A stretch of 64,000 nt of DNA from an uncultured Bacteroidales bacterium (GCA_947644715.1 CANSAP010000010.1:718-64717), one strand, 5' to 3'. Counted from the stretch's first letter, positions 46,119 through 56,253 are shown. The notes: generated by a model not told the origin, from the letters alone. Numbers and translations are program-made.

Positions 46119-47867
46119 ATGAAGAAACAAATGATGATGGTAAAAGTCTGCCTCGCAGTGTGCTTGGCGATGCTTATTGCAGCTTGTAGCCGGCAGGATG
46201 CATCATTAGCTGATGCCATTGACCTTATCCCGGTCAGAACCACCAAGGATGGTAATTGGAGCATGATGAATAAAAAGGGAGAGATTGTATATGACTCCGA
46301 GTTCAAAAACGAACCTACACTGTCGGTCAACGGCATCTTCTCCGTTCAGGAGGGGGAGGGCTACACGCTCTATTCTTCGGCCGGCGATAAGCCCAAGGCG
46401 CTGTCAGGATGCGACAATCTTAAGGGAGTCGGCATCTGTGTCGACGGACTCATCCCTATCGTCAAACCTAAGGAACGCATTAGCGTAGTGGATGCAAGCG
46501 GCAAGAAACAATTTGAGCTCGGCCCGATTAAGGATGTGGAGGTTGAGCGTTGCGTCGCCCGCTACTTCGACGGCCTGCTTATGGTATGTACTGAAGAGGG
46601 GAAATGGGGATACGTTGACACATCCGGCAAAGTTGTCATAGAACCTAAATATGTTGACGCATATCCTTTCTCTGAAGGTCTTGCCGTTGTGCAGATAGGC
46701 GGGATTGAGGGTAAGGAAGATTATTATGAAGTGATTGACAAGAGCGGGAAAACAGTTGTAAAACTGAAACCGGATCAGCATCCCATATCAGGGCTCATGT
46801 ACCAAGATGGTCGGTTGCTGATAGAGCGTGATGACCAACTGAGCTTTATGGACACTAAGGGCGAAATGAAGAAAGTGCCGGGCAAGGCAGAGTCTGTACT
46901 TGGGTGGAATGACAAATACATCGTCTATACCAACGAGGAGGGACAACGCGGTGTGATGGATTTCTCCGGTGAGGTGGTAGTTCGTCCGAAATATGAGCAT
47001 CTCGGTGTTATGCCAGACAACTCCGGTTTCTATGCTGAAAAAGATGACCACACCTTTGTAATTCTTGACTCTAAGGGCGAGGTAGTACGCACCTTGGATG
47101 ATTACGAAAGCTTACAAAACCATGGAGACTTTGGCTGGATTGTTAAAGAGGGTTCGCATTACACTCTCCTTGACGAAGATTTCAAGCAGAAGGGTAAGGA
47201 TGATTTTTACGACTATGGCACGAAATTAGCTTCCGATGGTATCCTTGTAAGTGACTATTTCAGTGTGGAACAGGCTGTGAACGCGCTTGTCTCCAAAATT
47301 GATGGTAATGGTGTCAAGGGATATCAGATAGGAGCGTCGGCTGCTGCTATATTTAAGGACAAGGAATTGGACCCGGCGAATTTTACTCAGGGAGTTAGGT
47401 TCGAAATACCGGAAGTCTCCACATATCGTTCCAAATATGCTATTGAAGGAGAAGCCTGGTTTTCGGCTGCAATTGCTGATTATAGTTATGAACGTCATTA
47501 CTATTGGAATCCTGAAAGTAAGTTAAACTCAATTAATTTAACGCTTAAGTCAGATTATGAGTTGGGAGCCGAGGCTTGTAATCTCATAGCCAAGCATATG
47601 TCAGCCAAGGGATACCAAATCATAAAAAAAGGCGAGGCAAAGAGCGGAAGTGCCTATGTAGCTTTTATGAAGAAAGGCAATACTTACTTGATTGTGGTTG
47701 TTAATAGAGACAATGGAAAGGAAGTGACCCTCGGCTTGGCGGACAATTCAGTGGTAGATGAGGCGTATGTAAAAAGCCAATTTGAAGGTGAGGCGGATTA
47801 TGAACCGGTAACAGAGACTGAGGCCGTGGTGGCAGAAGATGTCCCGGCGGTTGATACTGCAATATAA
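46119..47867 (+). CDS. WG-repeat (KWG) containing lipoprotein
   Basis: Lipobox LAMLIAACS. Repeated GKWGYVDTSGKVVIEPKY..A.PFSEGLA units. Confidence 0.8.
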   Translation: MKKQMMMVKVCLAVCLAMLIAACSRQDASLADAIDLIPVRTTKDGNWSMMNKKGEIVYDSEFKNEPTLSVNGIFSVQEGEGYTLYSSAGDKPKALSGCDNLKGVGICVDGLIPIVKPKERISVVDASGKKQFELGPIKDVEVERCVARYFDGLLMVCTEEGKWGYVDTSGKVVIEPKYVDAYPFSEGLAVVQIGGIEGKEDYYEVIDKSGKTVVKLKPDQHPISGLMYQDGRLLIERDDQLSFMDTKGEMKKVPGKAESVLGWNDKYIVYTNEEGQRGVMDFSGEVVVRPKYEHLGVMPDNSGFYAEKDDHTFVILDSKGEVVRTLDDYESLQNHGDFGWIVKEGSHYTLLDEDFKQKGKDDFYDYGTKLASDGILVSDYFSVEQAVNALVSKIDGNGVKGYQIGASAAAIFKDKELDPANFTQGVRFEIPEVSTYRSKYAIEGEAWFSAAIADYSYERHYYWNPESKLNSINLTLKSDYELGAEACNLIAKHMSAKGYQIIKKGEAKSGSAYVAFMKKGNTYLIVVVNRDNGKEVTLGLADNSVVDEAYVKSQFEGEADYEPVTETEAVVAEDVPAVDTAI

Positions 47868-47889
47868 AAGGATTTTTCCTGACACATAT

Positions 47890-47921
47890 GACCCGGTGGC
47901 TGTGGCTGCCGGGTCTTTTTT
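47890..47921 (+). terminator. Rho-independent terminator
   Basis: gacccggtggc / gctgccgggtc stem (two G-U pairs) followed by a T6 run. Confidence 0.8.
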
Positions 47922-47998
47922 GTGGGGTGGCGAACTATTTTGGGTTGGCGGTGGTTTTATTTGTATGTATTAGCTTTCTGTAACTTAATTTAAGAACT

Positions 47999-48700
47999 AT
48001 GAAAAAGTTGTTTGCCGAGGGTATCGGCACTATGTTTCTGGTAATTCTTGCGTGCGGCAGCGCTGTGCTGGCCGGTCCCAAGATTGGTACGCTCGGCATC
48101 GGCCTCTGTTTCGGTCTGGTGCTCCTGGGTTTGTGTTATGCTATCGGCGGCATCTCGGGCTGCCATGTCAATCCGGCTGTTTCGTTCAGCATGTGGCTGT
48201 CCGGGCGGATGAAATTCGGCGAGATGGTGGGCTATATTGTGGCTCAGCTCGTGGGTGCCACCATTGGAGCCGGCTTCCTGTTTTGGCTCACTAAGGTGGG
48301 TGCCGGATTTGAGTATGGAGGCACTACCGCACAGTCGGGGAGCTTCCTGGCTACGAATGTGTTGCAGTCAGGCGCCACGCCCCTGATGGCTCTCATTACT
48401 GAGGCTCTGCTGACATTCTTCTTCGTGCTCGTTGTGCTTGGCTCCACTGACTCCCGCACATCCTTCACCAAGTTTGGCGGACTGGCAATCGGTTTGGCTC
48501 TCGGCTTGGTGAACATCGTGGGTATCCCTGTGGATAACTGCTCCGTGAATCCCGCCCGTTCCTTCGGCCCTGCTGTGTTTGACCCCACCGCTTGGGGCGA
48601 CTTCTGGATTATGGTTGTAGGCCCGCTCGTAGGCGCGATTTTAGCTACTCTCGCTTGGAAAGCCTTGGCTCCCGCCAAGGAGCAGACTCAGGGAATCTGA
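47999..48700 (+). CDS. aqpZ: Aquaporin Z (MIP family)
   Basis: Two NPA boxes (HVNPAVS, SVNPARS). 233 aa. Confidence 0.93.
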   Translation: MKKLFAEGIGTMFLVILACGSAVLAGPKIGTLGIGLCFGLVLLGLCYAIGGISGCHVNPAVSFSMWLSGRMKFGEMVGYIVAQLVGATIGAGFLFWLTKVGAGFEYGGTTAQSGSFLATNVLQSGATPLMALITEALLTFFFVLVVLGSTDSRTSFTKFGGLAIGLALGLVNIVGIPVDNCSVNPARSFGPAVFDPTAWGDFWIMVVGPLVGAILATLAWKALAPAKEQTQGI

Positions 48701-48725
48701 TAGAGTAGCTCCCAATAATAAATAA

Positions 48726-48990
48726 GGGAGTGTGTCGAAATAGGACTTAGACGCTGCATGGCGCGGAGCGCCTATCCTCTGTTAGCCGGGGGGCTTTAGC
48801 CCCCCGGTATGCATGCAGTGACAACCCAGCCCCGGAAGGGCTGCCCTATATCGTTGGTTATCAATATGTTGGGCAGCCCCACCGGGGCTGGATTCGTCCA
48901 TCGGGCTACCGGGGGGCTGAAGCCCCCCGGCTAACAGAGGATAGGCGCTCCGCGCCATGCGTTTGCTTCAGTAAGAATTTCGACACACCC
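48726..48990. repeat. ~260-bp nested palindromic element (REP/MITE-like) between convergent aqpZ and galE
   Basis: 40-bp perfect inverted repeat 48756-48795 / 48921-48960. Outer inverted repeat gtgtgtcgaaat / atttcgacacac. Two local GC hairpins (ccggggggct-NN-agccccccgg) and a central ~22-bp inverted repeat. Confidence 0.9.
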
Positions 48991-49010
48991 CATTGGGAGA
49001 AGTGGAGTTA

Positions 49011-50039
49011 TTACTTCTTTTCTGCCAGGCGGCACTGCCAGGCCCATGCGTTGCGCATGGTGTCGTCGATGGGCATTTCCGCTTTCCAGCCGAGCACGGT
49101 ATTGGCCTTGTCGGGGATGGCCCATATTTTCTCTATGTCGCCGGCGCGGCGTGGACCGATTTTGTAGGGCACTTTAACGCCGGTGGAGCGCTCGAAGCTC
49201 TCGATGAGCTCCAACACAGAGAGGCCGCGCCCGGTGCCGAGGTTGAAGATTTCGATGGCATCGGTGTCCTCCTTGTCGAGCATACGGTGCATGGCCTTTA
49301 CGTGAGCTTTAGCCAGGTCCACAACGTCGATGAAGTCGCGGATGCAGGAGCCGTCGGGGGTGTCGTAGTCATCGCCGAAGACAGTGAGCTGACCCCGGAT
49401 GCCGGCAGCCGTCTGTGTCAGATAGGGCACGAGATTGTTGGGCACACCGTTGGGCAGTTCGCCGATGAGAGCCGAAGGGTGAGCCCCTACGGGGTTGAAG
49501 TAGCGCAGGATGATGCTTTTGATGGGTGCACCGGAGGTGATGTAGTCTGTGATAATCTCCTCGGAAATCTGCTTCGTATTGCCGTAGGGGGATGTGGCCG
49601 GCTTGATGGGAGCGGTCTCATCAATGGGGTTCACGTCCGGCTCGCCATAGACGGTGCATGAGGAGGAGAAGACGATACCCTTCACTCCGAACTCAGGCAT
49701 ACACTCGAGCAGGTTCATCAGCGAGTTGAGGTTGTTGCGATAGTAGAGCAGGGGCTTCTCCACGCTCTCGCCGACGGCCTTTGAGGCAGCGAAGTTGATG
49801 ATGCCTTTGATGCCGGGGTGCTCGTTGAAGAGACGGCGGAGAGTCTCGATGCAGCAGACGTCGCCCTGCACGAATGCGGGGCGGATGCCGGTGATAGCCT
49901 CGATGCCGTCGAGCACTTCGATTGATGAGTTGGAGAGGTTGTCGATGATAACAACCTCGTAGCCTGCCTTTTGCAGCTCAACGGTGGTGTGTGAGCCGAT
50001 GTAGCCAGTGCCACCGGTCACGAGTATTTTAGTTGCCAT
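49011..50039 (-). CDS. galE: UDP-glucose 4-epimerase
   Basis: VTGGTGYIGSH, SSSCTVYG, YGNTK (YxxxK). 342 aa. Confidence 0.95.
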   Translation of the reverse strand: MATKILVTGGTGYIGSHTTVELQKAGYEVVIIDNLSNSSIEVLDGIEAITGIRPAFVQGDVCCIETLRRLFNEHPGIKGIINFAASKAVGESVEKPLLYYRNNLNSLMNLLECMPEFGVKGIVFSSSCTVYGEPDVNPIDETAPIKPATSPYGNTKQISEEIITDYITSGAPIKSIILRYFNPVGAHPSALIGELPNGVPNNLVPYLTQTAAGIRGQLTVFGDDYDTPDGSCIRDFIDVVDLAKAHVKAMHRMLDKEDTDAIEIFNLGTGRGLSVLELIESFERSTGVKVPYKIGPRRAGDIEKIWAIPDKANTVLGWKAEMPIDDTMRNAWAWQCRLAEKK

Positions 50040-50049
50040 GTCGCGTGTC

Positions 50050-50955
50050 TTATTTATAAAGGGGTGAGGGATAGGTTCCGTCGGCAGCGAGGGCTGCGAA
50101 GCGTTCTACCGTAGCGGGACGGTCGGCAGCGAAGGTTACGCCGAACCATTTGGAGGGGGTGCCGATAACCTTCAGGGTGATTTTGCCCTGCTGGATGAGG
50201 TCGTTGACCACCGAGGGGATATAGAATTCGCTCTTGAGTTCAGTGCCGTGAGCCTTGAGGAATTCGATGAAGGCGGCTTCGGAATAGTCGAAGAAGTCGG
50301 GAGTGAAGCCCCACATGTTCATGCTGACGTGTGCGCCGGCGGGGAAGGGAGCTTCGCTGCCATCCTCCATAACCTGAATCAATTTGCCCTCTTTCATCTG
50401 AATGCCGTGGCGCTCAGAAACACCGGTAAGCATACCCTCCTCCGACACTTCGCAGAGGCCGCGGCTCACACCGCCATTTTCGCTCAGAGTGTTTTCTATC
50501 TCGAAGCCAATCATGCAGTACTGACCCTTCTTGCCCTCCACGGAGGTGAGGAAATCGGCCAGGGCTTTGAAGCTGTCGCGACCGTAGTAGTCATCGGCAT
50601 TGATTACGGCAAAGGGCTCTTTGATGGCTCCTTTACCCATGAGAGTAGCGTGGCCGGTGCCCCAGGGTTTGGTGCGTCCCTCAGGCACGGTGAATCCCTC
50701 GGGCAGGGCGTCGATGCTTTGGAAGACAACCTCCACCGGAACATGGCCTTCGTACTTGGCCACCACCTTCTCGCGGAATTCCTGCTCGAAGTCCTTGCGG
50801 ATTACGAATACGATTTTGCCGAAGCCGGCGCGGAGAGCGTCATATACTGAGTAGTCCATGATAGTCTCGCCGTTGGGGCCGAGACCGTCAAGCTGCTTGA
50901 GACCGCCGTAGCGTGAGCCCATGCCGGCGGCAAGTATGAAAAGAGTAGGTTTCAT
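50050..50955 (-). CDS. Sugar-phosphate nucleotidyltransferase (NTP-transferase family)
   Basis: ILAAGMGSRYGGLKQ nucleotide-binding loop. 301 aa. Substrate cannot be determined. Confidence 0.7.
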   Translation of the reverse strand: MKPTLFILAAGMGSRYGGLKQLDGLGPNGETIMDYSVYDALRAGFGKIVFVIRKDFEQEFREKVVAKYEGHVPVEVVFQSIDALPEGFTVPEGRTKPWGTGHATLMGKGAIKEPFAVINADDYYGRDSFKALADFLTSVEGKKGQYCMIGFEIENTLSENGGVSRGLCEVSEEGMLTGVSERHGIQMKEGKLIQVMEDGSEAPFPAGAHVSMNMWGFTPDFFDYSEAAFIEFLKAHGTELKSEFYIPSVVNDLIQQGKITLKVIGTPSKWFGVTFAADRPATVERFAALAADGTYPSPLYK

Positions 50956-50976
50956 GTCGGTTTTATATAGTTAAGA

Positions 50977-52113
50977 TTATTTAATCACGGGTTTTCGCAG
51001 ATGCACGATGAGGCGCAGCAGCGTGTCGAACATCACAATTTTTGCATTGGCGTTCCTGGCGATGTCGGAGGCGGCAGAATCCATGTCGGAGACCATGGCT
51101 TCGACGTTGCCGGAATGAATGAACGGGGAGAATCGGCGCGAGAAGTTCTCTTCCTCGGGCGTCATTCGGTTCAGCTCGGGCATTGCGAGATTATAGATGA
51201 AGTTCTCGCGTGCCATACGGGTGAAGTATTCCAGCAGGCGGCAGTTCTTTTCGCGACCAGTGGCGGCAATTTTGTCGGCCATCTCGCGCAGCGCCTTGAC
51301 GTCGCGGGAATATGCTTTGCGCATCACTTCGCGGAAGAGGGAGGCAAATTCTTCGGTTTCCCCCTGCGAGTCGAGTGCATCGAGCGCAGTGCAGGCATTC
51401 CCGTCGGCCACATGGGCGAGGGTCTGCGCCTCCTGCGGATTGATGGAGTAACCCTCCACGAGCAGAGATTCAATCTCTCGGGCTGTCAGACGCGGGAGGT
51501 TGATGCGTTGTGTGCGGGAGAAGATGGTCGGCAATATTGCCGAGGCATTATTGCTGACGAGGATGAAGCGAGTGTCCTCCCATGGTTCCTCGATGATTTT
51601 CAGCAGTTTGTTGGCGGCATCCGGGCCGAGCTTTTCGGGGAGCCAGATGAGCACCACCTTTATCGGCGATGAGAGGGTGGACATGTTGGCCACGCGCAGG
51701 ATGTTCTCAGCCTCGTCCACATATATGGCGGGTCGGGAATTGCCGGCGTCAAGCGTGTTCAGCCAATCCTGCCAAGAGGCGAAGGTTCGCCCGCTCAGGA
51801 ACTCGCGCCACTGAGGGAGATAGTCGTTGCTGATCAGCAGCCCCTCGCTTTTTTTCTTGACCACGGGAAAGACGTAGTGCATGTCGGCATGGTTGAGGCT
51901 ACGGTGTTGCAGGCATGAGGGGCAGTGTCCGCAGCTGTCGCCGCCGTTGCGGTCGGTGCATTGCAGATATTGCGCCAAGGCTCTGGCCAAGGCAAGCTTG
52001 CCGGTGCCTTCCGGGCCGGAGATGAGCAGAGCGTGAGGGAGACGGCCGGTGTCGACCATCTGCTTCAGACGGCTCTTTACGGAGCTGTGTGCGGGTATTT
52101 CGCTGAATTTCAT
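50977..52113 (-). CDS. holB: DNA polymerase III subunit delta prime
   Basis: RLPHALLISGPEGTGKLALA plus Zn module CGHCPSC. Confidence 0.8.
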   Translation of the reverse strand: MKFSEIPAHSSVKSRLKQMVDTGRLPHALLISGPEGTGKLALARALAQYLQCTDRNGGDSCGHCPSCLQHRSLNHADMHYVFPVVKKKSEGLLISNDYLPQWREFLSGRTFASWQDWLNTLDAGNSRPAIYVDEAENILRVANMSTLSSPIKVVLIWLPEKLGPDAANKLLKIIEEPWEDTRFILVSNNASAILPTIFSRTQRINLPRLTAREIESLLVEGYSINPQEAQTLAHVADGNACTALDALDSQGETEEFASLFREVMRKAYSRDVKALREMADKIAATGREKNCRLLEYFTRMARENFIYNLAMPELNRMTPEEENFSRRFSPFIHSGNVEAMVSDMDSAASDIARNANAKIVMFDTLLRLIVHLRKPVIK

Positions 52114-52123
52114 AAGTAACTTA

Positions 52124-52131
52124 CAAAGGTA
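52124..52131 (-). promoter_or_regulatory. -7 promoter box (TACCTTTG on the minus strand) for holB
   Basis: Plus-strand caaaggta, only 10 nt upstream of the ATG at 52113, so the leader would be very short. Confidence 0.4.
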
Positions 52132-52187
52132 GTAATTTTTCGGTTGGCTTGCAATTCCGGTTCAGTTTTTTTTAGTAATTTCGGAGC

Positions 52188-55100
52188 ATGAAATCATCCA
52201 CCCCCATGATACCCTTCCTGCGTGCTGTGGCTCGAGAAACTGTGGCCCGCTATGGCGCTGACCTGCGCGACATCTGTTTTGTGCTTCCCGGCAAGCGTGC
52301 CTGCCTGTTTCTGGAGCGGCATCTGCGAGATGTGGTCGAGGTGCAATATGAGCGTTTGCAGCGGCGCGGAGAGCGCCCGATGGTCATGACGTTCGCCGAG
52401 TTTGCGGAGAAGGTTACGGGGCGTCGCACAGGCTCCTCTCTCGAGCTGCTCTTCTCGCTCTTCGACGCCTGGCAACGGCTGCGTGGTGCCGGTCAGGACT
52501 TCGAGCAGTTCCGTTCCTGGGCTGACACGGTGCTCTCTGACTTTGACGAGATTGACCGTTACGATGTGGAGGCTGCGGCATTGTTCCGCAACATTGAGAC
52601 GCATAATGAGATTTCCACTGACTATCTCTCTGATGAGCAGCGGCGCGTCGTGGCGGAGTATTTCGGTGTGGAGAGGCTGCCGCGCAGCGGAGAGCGGATG
52701 TGGGCGCACATGCGCGGGGAGAGTGAGCTGAAGCGGAATTTCATGGATTTGTGGCAGATGCTCGCCCCGCTGTATGACACGTTCCGTGAGGTGCTTCGTG
52801 AGGGTGAATACTCTTACGGGGGAGCGCTCGCGCGTGAGGCGGCTGACCTGATTCAGCTGAAAGGGGAGAAGGCCTTGCCCGGCAGACGGGTGATTATGGC
52901 CGGTTTCGATGCGTTGACCACTGTGCAGCTGCGCATGTTTGACGCTTTGAAGAAACTCCGGGATGCCGACGGTGAGCCTGTGGCAGAGTTCTTTTGGGAT
53001 GCGCCCGGCACCCCGCTGTCGCAGGAGTCGCCTGTGGATGCCGGCCGGTTCCAGTGGCTCAATATGGAGCGCTACCCTTGTCGGGTGAAGGGGATGGAGG
53101 GCTACACGCGAGGCCTGACTTTTCCTGCGATGACGGATGTGGTGGCCTGTCCCGGTAACACGGCGCAGGCCAAGGTGGCCGGATTGCTGCTTGAGGATAT
53201 TGTGGCCGGGAGAGGAGCTCCGTTCACCGACCCGGCCCGCGTGGCGGTCGTGCTCCCTGACGAGGGCTTGCTTTTCCCGATGTATTATGCTGTGCCGGAG
53301 CGGATTGCGCCGGATGTCAATCTGACCATGGGTTATCCGCTGCGGATGACTTCGGTCTACTCCTTCGTGGTGCTTTTGCGCAAGTTGCAGCGCTCGGTGA
53401 GGAGGGGCGAGGCGGGAGTCTGTTTCCACCATAAGGAGACGCGCACGCTGCTCTCACATCCCTTCATGCAGATGATGCTAGGGGTTGAGACGGTGGAGCG
53501 GATTCAGGGGGCTGTGCTGGCCCGCCACCTCTTCTATGTCACGCAGGATGACCTGCTGGAGTTGCTTCCGGAGGAGACCCGCCGGGCTGCCGGGCATGTG
53601 CTGGCCGCCACTCTTCAGGCCATGGGACGCGAGAGCACGGGTGAGGATGTCTGCCGATGGCTGCGCGGCTGTCTGGAGCTTGTCCTGCAGTGCATGGTGC
53701 GCAATATCCGCCTGAAGGAGCGGAAGCGGCTGGATGTGGCGCTGGTGCAGGCTTATCTGGGTGCCCTTGATGAGTTTGAACGGCTGACGGGCCGACATGG
53801 ATTGGCGGGGATAAAATGGCGCACGGCGCTGATGCTGCTCGACCGTGTGTTGCAGAACTATACGGTGCATCTTCAGGGGCAGCCGCTCACCGGTGTGCAG
53901 GTGATGGGTATGCTTGAAACCCGCGCTCTCGACTTTGATTATCTGATTATTCCCTCGATGAATGAGCGCATATTCCCCCGCAGGTTGAGGATTCACACCT
54001 TTATCCCCGACACGCTCCGGCGGGGATGGATGCTGCCGACTCTGCGACAGAAGGAGCAGGAGTATGCCTATCACTTCTATCGCCTGATAGCGCGCGCCAG
54101 GGAGGTGCATCTGCTCTATGATGCCTCGCAGAGCGGGAGGAAGAGTGGCGACCCGTCGCGCTACCTGTTGCAGCTGAAGTATCTGTTTGAGAAGGAGTGC
54201 GGACTGCGGTGGCGCTCTGCCCGGTTCAATATCAATACGCCTGTGACTCCGGCGCTCCGGGTGGAGAAACATGCCGAGGACCTGGCTCCGTTCCTGACGC
54301 GTGGCTCAGGCCGGAATCTGTCGGCCTCCAGCCTGAAGGATTATCTTGCCTGCACACTGCGGTTCTACCTGGCGCATGTGCTGAAGAAGAAGCTTCGCAA
54401 GGAGCCTGAAGAGTTTATGGATGCAGCCACACAGGGCACCATCCTGCATGATTCCATGGAGGCTATCTATGACTCGCTGCTTCCCGAAGGTTTTGACAAG
54501 AGGAAGGATCCCCCTTGTGTGCGCCGCATAGAGAAGCAGACCGTGAGGGATTGGCTTGAGGGACGCACCATGAATCTTGATGCTGTCGTGGAGCGAATGG
54601 TGCGCAAGAATTATCCGGCGGCCACGCGCATGGAGGCTCTCTCGGGTGATTCGCAGATTATGGCGGAGGTTATCGGCAAGTATGTCAGAGCCTGTCTGCA
54701 TGCTGACCTCGAGCTGGCTCCGTTTGAGTATATTGACAATGAGCATAAGGTGACGGTGGAGTATCCGCTCGGGCAGGGCCGGAATGTGAATATGACGTTT
54801 ATCATTGACCGCCTGGACCGACTGATGTTGCCGGGCGGGGAGCGACGCCTGCGCATTGTGGATTACAAGACCGGTTCTGACGACTTGAATTTCAAGAAGG
54901 TGGCTGCGTTGTTTCATCCCTCGTCGGGGGACGGGAATACGAAGGGCATCTTTCAGCTGATGCTCTACGCGCTGCTATATCCGCTGCATGATGCTGAATG
55001 GCGCGCGGAGAACCCTATCGCTCTCTCGATTTATCGCACACGCACTCTGGAGGTGAGCGGCTATCAGACTATGGTGGAGATGAACGGCGTTCCGCTCTAT

Positions 55101-55244
55101 TCGCATCTGCCTCTGCTGGAGGAGTTCCGCACTTTGCTGCATGAGGAGCTGTCAGGCCTGTTTGACCTGAGTCGTCCGTTTGAGCAGACTGATGACCTGA
55201 CCAAGTGTGCCTTCTGTGATTTCCGTCAGATGTGCGGGCGTTGA
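52188..55244 (+). CDS. PD-(D/E)XK nuclease family protein, AddB-like (inactive-helicase scaffold plus C-terminal nuclease)
   Basis: 1018 aa. C-terminal RIVDYKTG... nuclease core and terminal cysteines CAFCDFRQMC. Confidence 0.75.
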   Translation: MKSSTPMIPFLRAVARETVARYGADLRDICFVLPGKRACLFLERHLRDVVEVQYERLQRRGERPMVMTFAEFAEKVTGRRTGSSLELLFSLFDAWQRLRGAGQDFEQFRSWADTVLSDFDEIDRYDVEAAALFRNIETHNEISTDYLSDEQRRVVAEYFGVERLPRSGERMWAHMRGESELKRNFMDLWQMLAPLYDTFREVLREGEYSYGGALAREAADLIQLKGEKALPGRRVIMAGFDALTTVQLRMFDALKKLRDADGEPVAEFFWDAPGTPLSQESPVDAGRFQWLNMERYPCRVKGMEGYTRGLTFPAMTDVVACPGNTAQAKVAGLLLEDIVAGRGAPFTDPARVAVVLPDEGLLFPMYYAVPERIAPDVNLTMGYPLRMTSVYSFVVLLRKLQRSVRRGEAGVCFHHKETRTLLSHPFMQMMLGVETVERIQGAVLARHLFYVTQDDLLELLPEETRRAAGHVLAATLQAMGRESTGEDVCRWLRGCLELVLQCMVRNIRLKERKRLDVALVQAYLGALDEFERLTGRHGLAGIKWRTALMLLDRVLQNYTVHLQGQPLTGVQVMGMLETRALDFDYLIIPSMNERIFPRRLRIHTFIPDTLRRGWMLPTLRQKEQEYAYHFYRLIARAREVHLLYDASQSGRKSGDPSRYLLQLKYLFEKECGLRWRSARFNINTPVTPALRVEKHAEDLAPFLTRGSGRNLSASSLKDYLACTLRFYLAHVLKKKLRKEPEEFMDAATQGTILHDSMEAIYDSLLPEGFDKRKDPPCVRRIEKQTVRDWLEGRTMNLDAVVERMVRKNYPAATRMEALSGDSQIMAEVIGKYVRACLHADLELAPFEYIDNEHKVTVEYPLGQGRNVNMTFIIDRLDRLMLPGGERRLRIVDYKTGSDDLNFKKVAALFHPSSGDGNTKGIFQLMLYALLYPLHDAEWRAENPIALSIYRTRTLEVSGYQTMVEMNGVPLYSHLPLLEEFRTLLHEELSGLFDLSRPFEQTDDLTKCAFCDFRQMCGR

Positions 55245-55253
55245 GAAGTATGG

Positions 55254-55685
55254 TTACTCCTCATCGTCGTCTTCCCAATCGAGGAAGAACTCGTCGGCGG
55301 TATAGGATGCCTCTTTGAATGAAGCCATTTCGCGAGCGTCTCGCTTTGTGGGTCGACCGAGTCCTTTGCGGCGGTCTACGAAGCCTGAGATGCGGGTCAT
55401 CTCCAGCAGTTCATATTGGTCGGGGGAGGTGATGTTCTCCAGGTATTCGGGCACGAGTCGGGCGCCGAGTCGTCCGCCGGGGATGTCTTTCACTCGGAAG
55501 GTGTAGGTAATCGGGGGCTTGCGCACACTGATTTCGTCGCCCGGTTTAACGGTGCGGGAGGGTTTGGCTGTGGCTCCACCGATTGTCACGCGTGAGTTTT
55601 TGCAGGCATCTGTGGCCTGAGTGCGGGTTTTGAACACACGCATCTCCCAGAGCCATTTGTCAATGCGTTCTTCTGTCTTAGGCAT
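55254..55685 (-). CDS. S4-domain RNA-binding protein (Hsp15/HslR-like)
   Basis: RIDKWLWEMRVFKTRTQATDACKNSRVTIGG... S4 fold with an acidic tail. Confidence 0.8.
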   Translation of the reverse strand: MPKTEERIDKWLWEMRVFKTRTQATDACKNSRVTIGGATAKPSRTVKPGDEISVRKPPITYTFRVKDIPGGRLGARLVPEYLENITSPDQYELLEMTRISGFVDRRKGLGRPTKRDAREMASFKEASYTADEFFLDWEDDDEE

Positions 55686-55689
55686 GGGG

Positions 55690-56253
55690 CTATTTGTTGT
55701 TGAAGTGGTTCATGGCCCAGGCGAGTCCGCTGAGGCAGAACGCGCGCACGGCTTCGGCTGCAGTCTCAAGACGCTCGGGCATGAGCTGCATCTCTTCGGC
55801 GGGGAAGCGGGAGAGGACATAGTCAATCTGTCCACCTTTAGGGAAGTCATTGCCAATGCCGAAGCGCAGGCGGGCATAGTTGGTGTTTCCGAGTTCTGAG
55901 GCGATGTTCTTCAGCCCGTTGTGGCCGGCATCGGAGCCGGAGCCTCTGAGGCGCAGTGCTCCGAAGGGGAGCATGAGGTCATCCACTATTACAAGCAGAT
56001 TCTGCAGCGGCAGTTTCTCTTTGTTCATCCAATATCGCACGGCCACTCCGCTCAGGTTCATGAACGTGGAGGGCTTCAGCACCATCAGCTGTTTGTTCTT
56101 TACGCGGAAGGTGGCCATGTCTCCGTAGCGGCATGAGGAGAAAGTTGCGCCGGCATCTTCTGCGAGACGGTCGGCCACCATGAAGCCTATGTTGTGGCGT
56201 GTGCGGTCATATTCAGCGCCGGGGTTTCCGAGGCCAACAATGAGGTATTTCAT
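55690..56253 (-). CDS. pth: Peptidyl-tRNA hydrolase
   Basis: [24 protein letters not shown]... Start taken at ATG 56253. Confidence 0.95.
   Translation of the reverse strand: MKYLIVGLGNPGAEYDRTRHNIGFMVADRLAEDAGATFSSCRYGDMATFRVKNKQLMVLKPSTFMNLSGVAVRYWMNKEKLPLQNLLVIVDDLMLPFGALRLRGSGSDAGHNGLKNIASELGNTNYARLRFGIGNDFPKGGQIDYVLSRFPAEEMQLMPERLETAAEAVRAFCLSGLAWAMNHFNNK

Noticed and set aside
47395-47410. ggttcgaaat, and ggttcgagccc at 44879: T-loop-like strings checked as possible tRNA genes
   Set aside because: Both lie inside well-supported CDSs. Neither has an acceptor, D or anticodon arm around it. I recognised no tRNA in the window.
48931-49125. 64-aa minus-strand ORF, and the 222-aa plus-strand ORF from 48993
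   Set aside because: The first starts inside the galE coding region in a different reading frame and runs out into the palindromic element. The second is antisense to galE.
52194-53432. 412-aa ORF on the minus strand inside the AddB-like gene. Similar long antisense ORFs occur at 5279-6463, 14239-14913, 17836-18552, 18757-19743, 27925-28797, 35401-36234, 43748-44566 and 53478-54272.
   Set aside because: All are mirror-frame ORFs inside well-supported genes in GC-rich DNA. Their products are R/H/P/G/L-rich and show no recognisable motifs.
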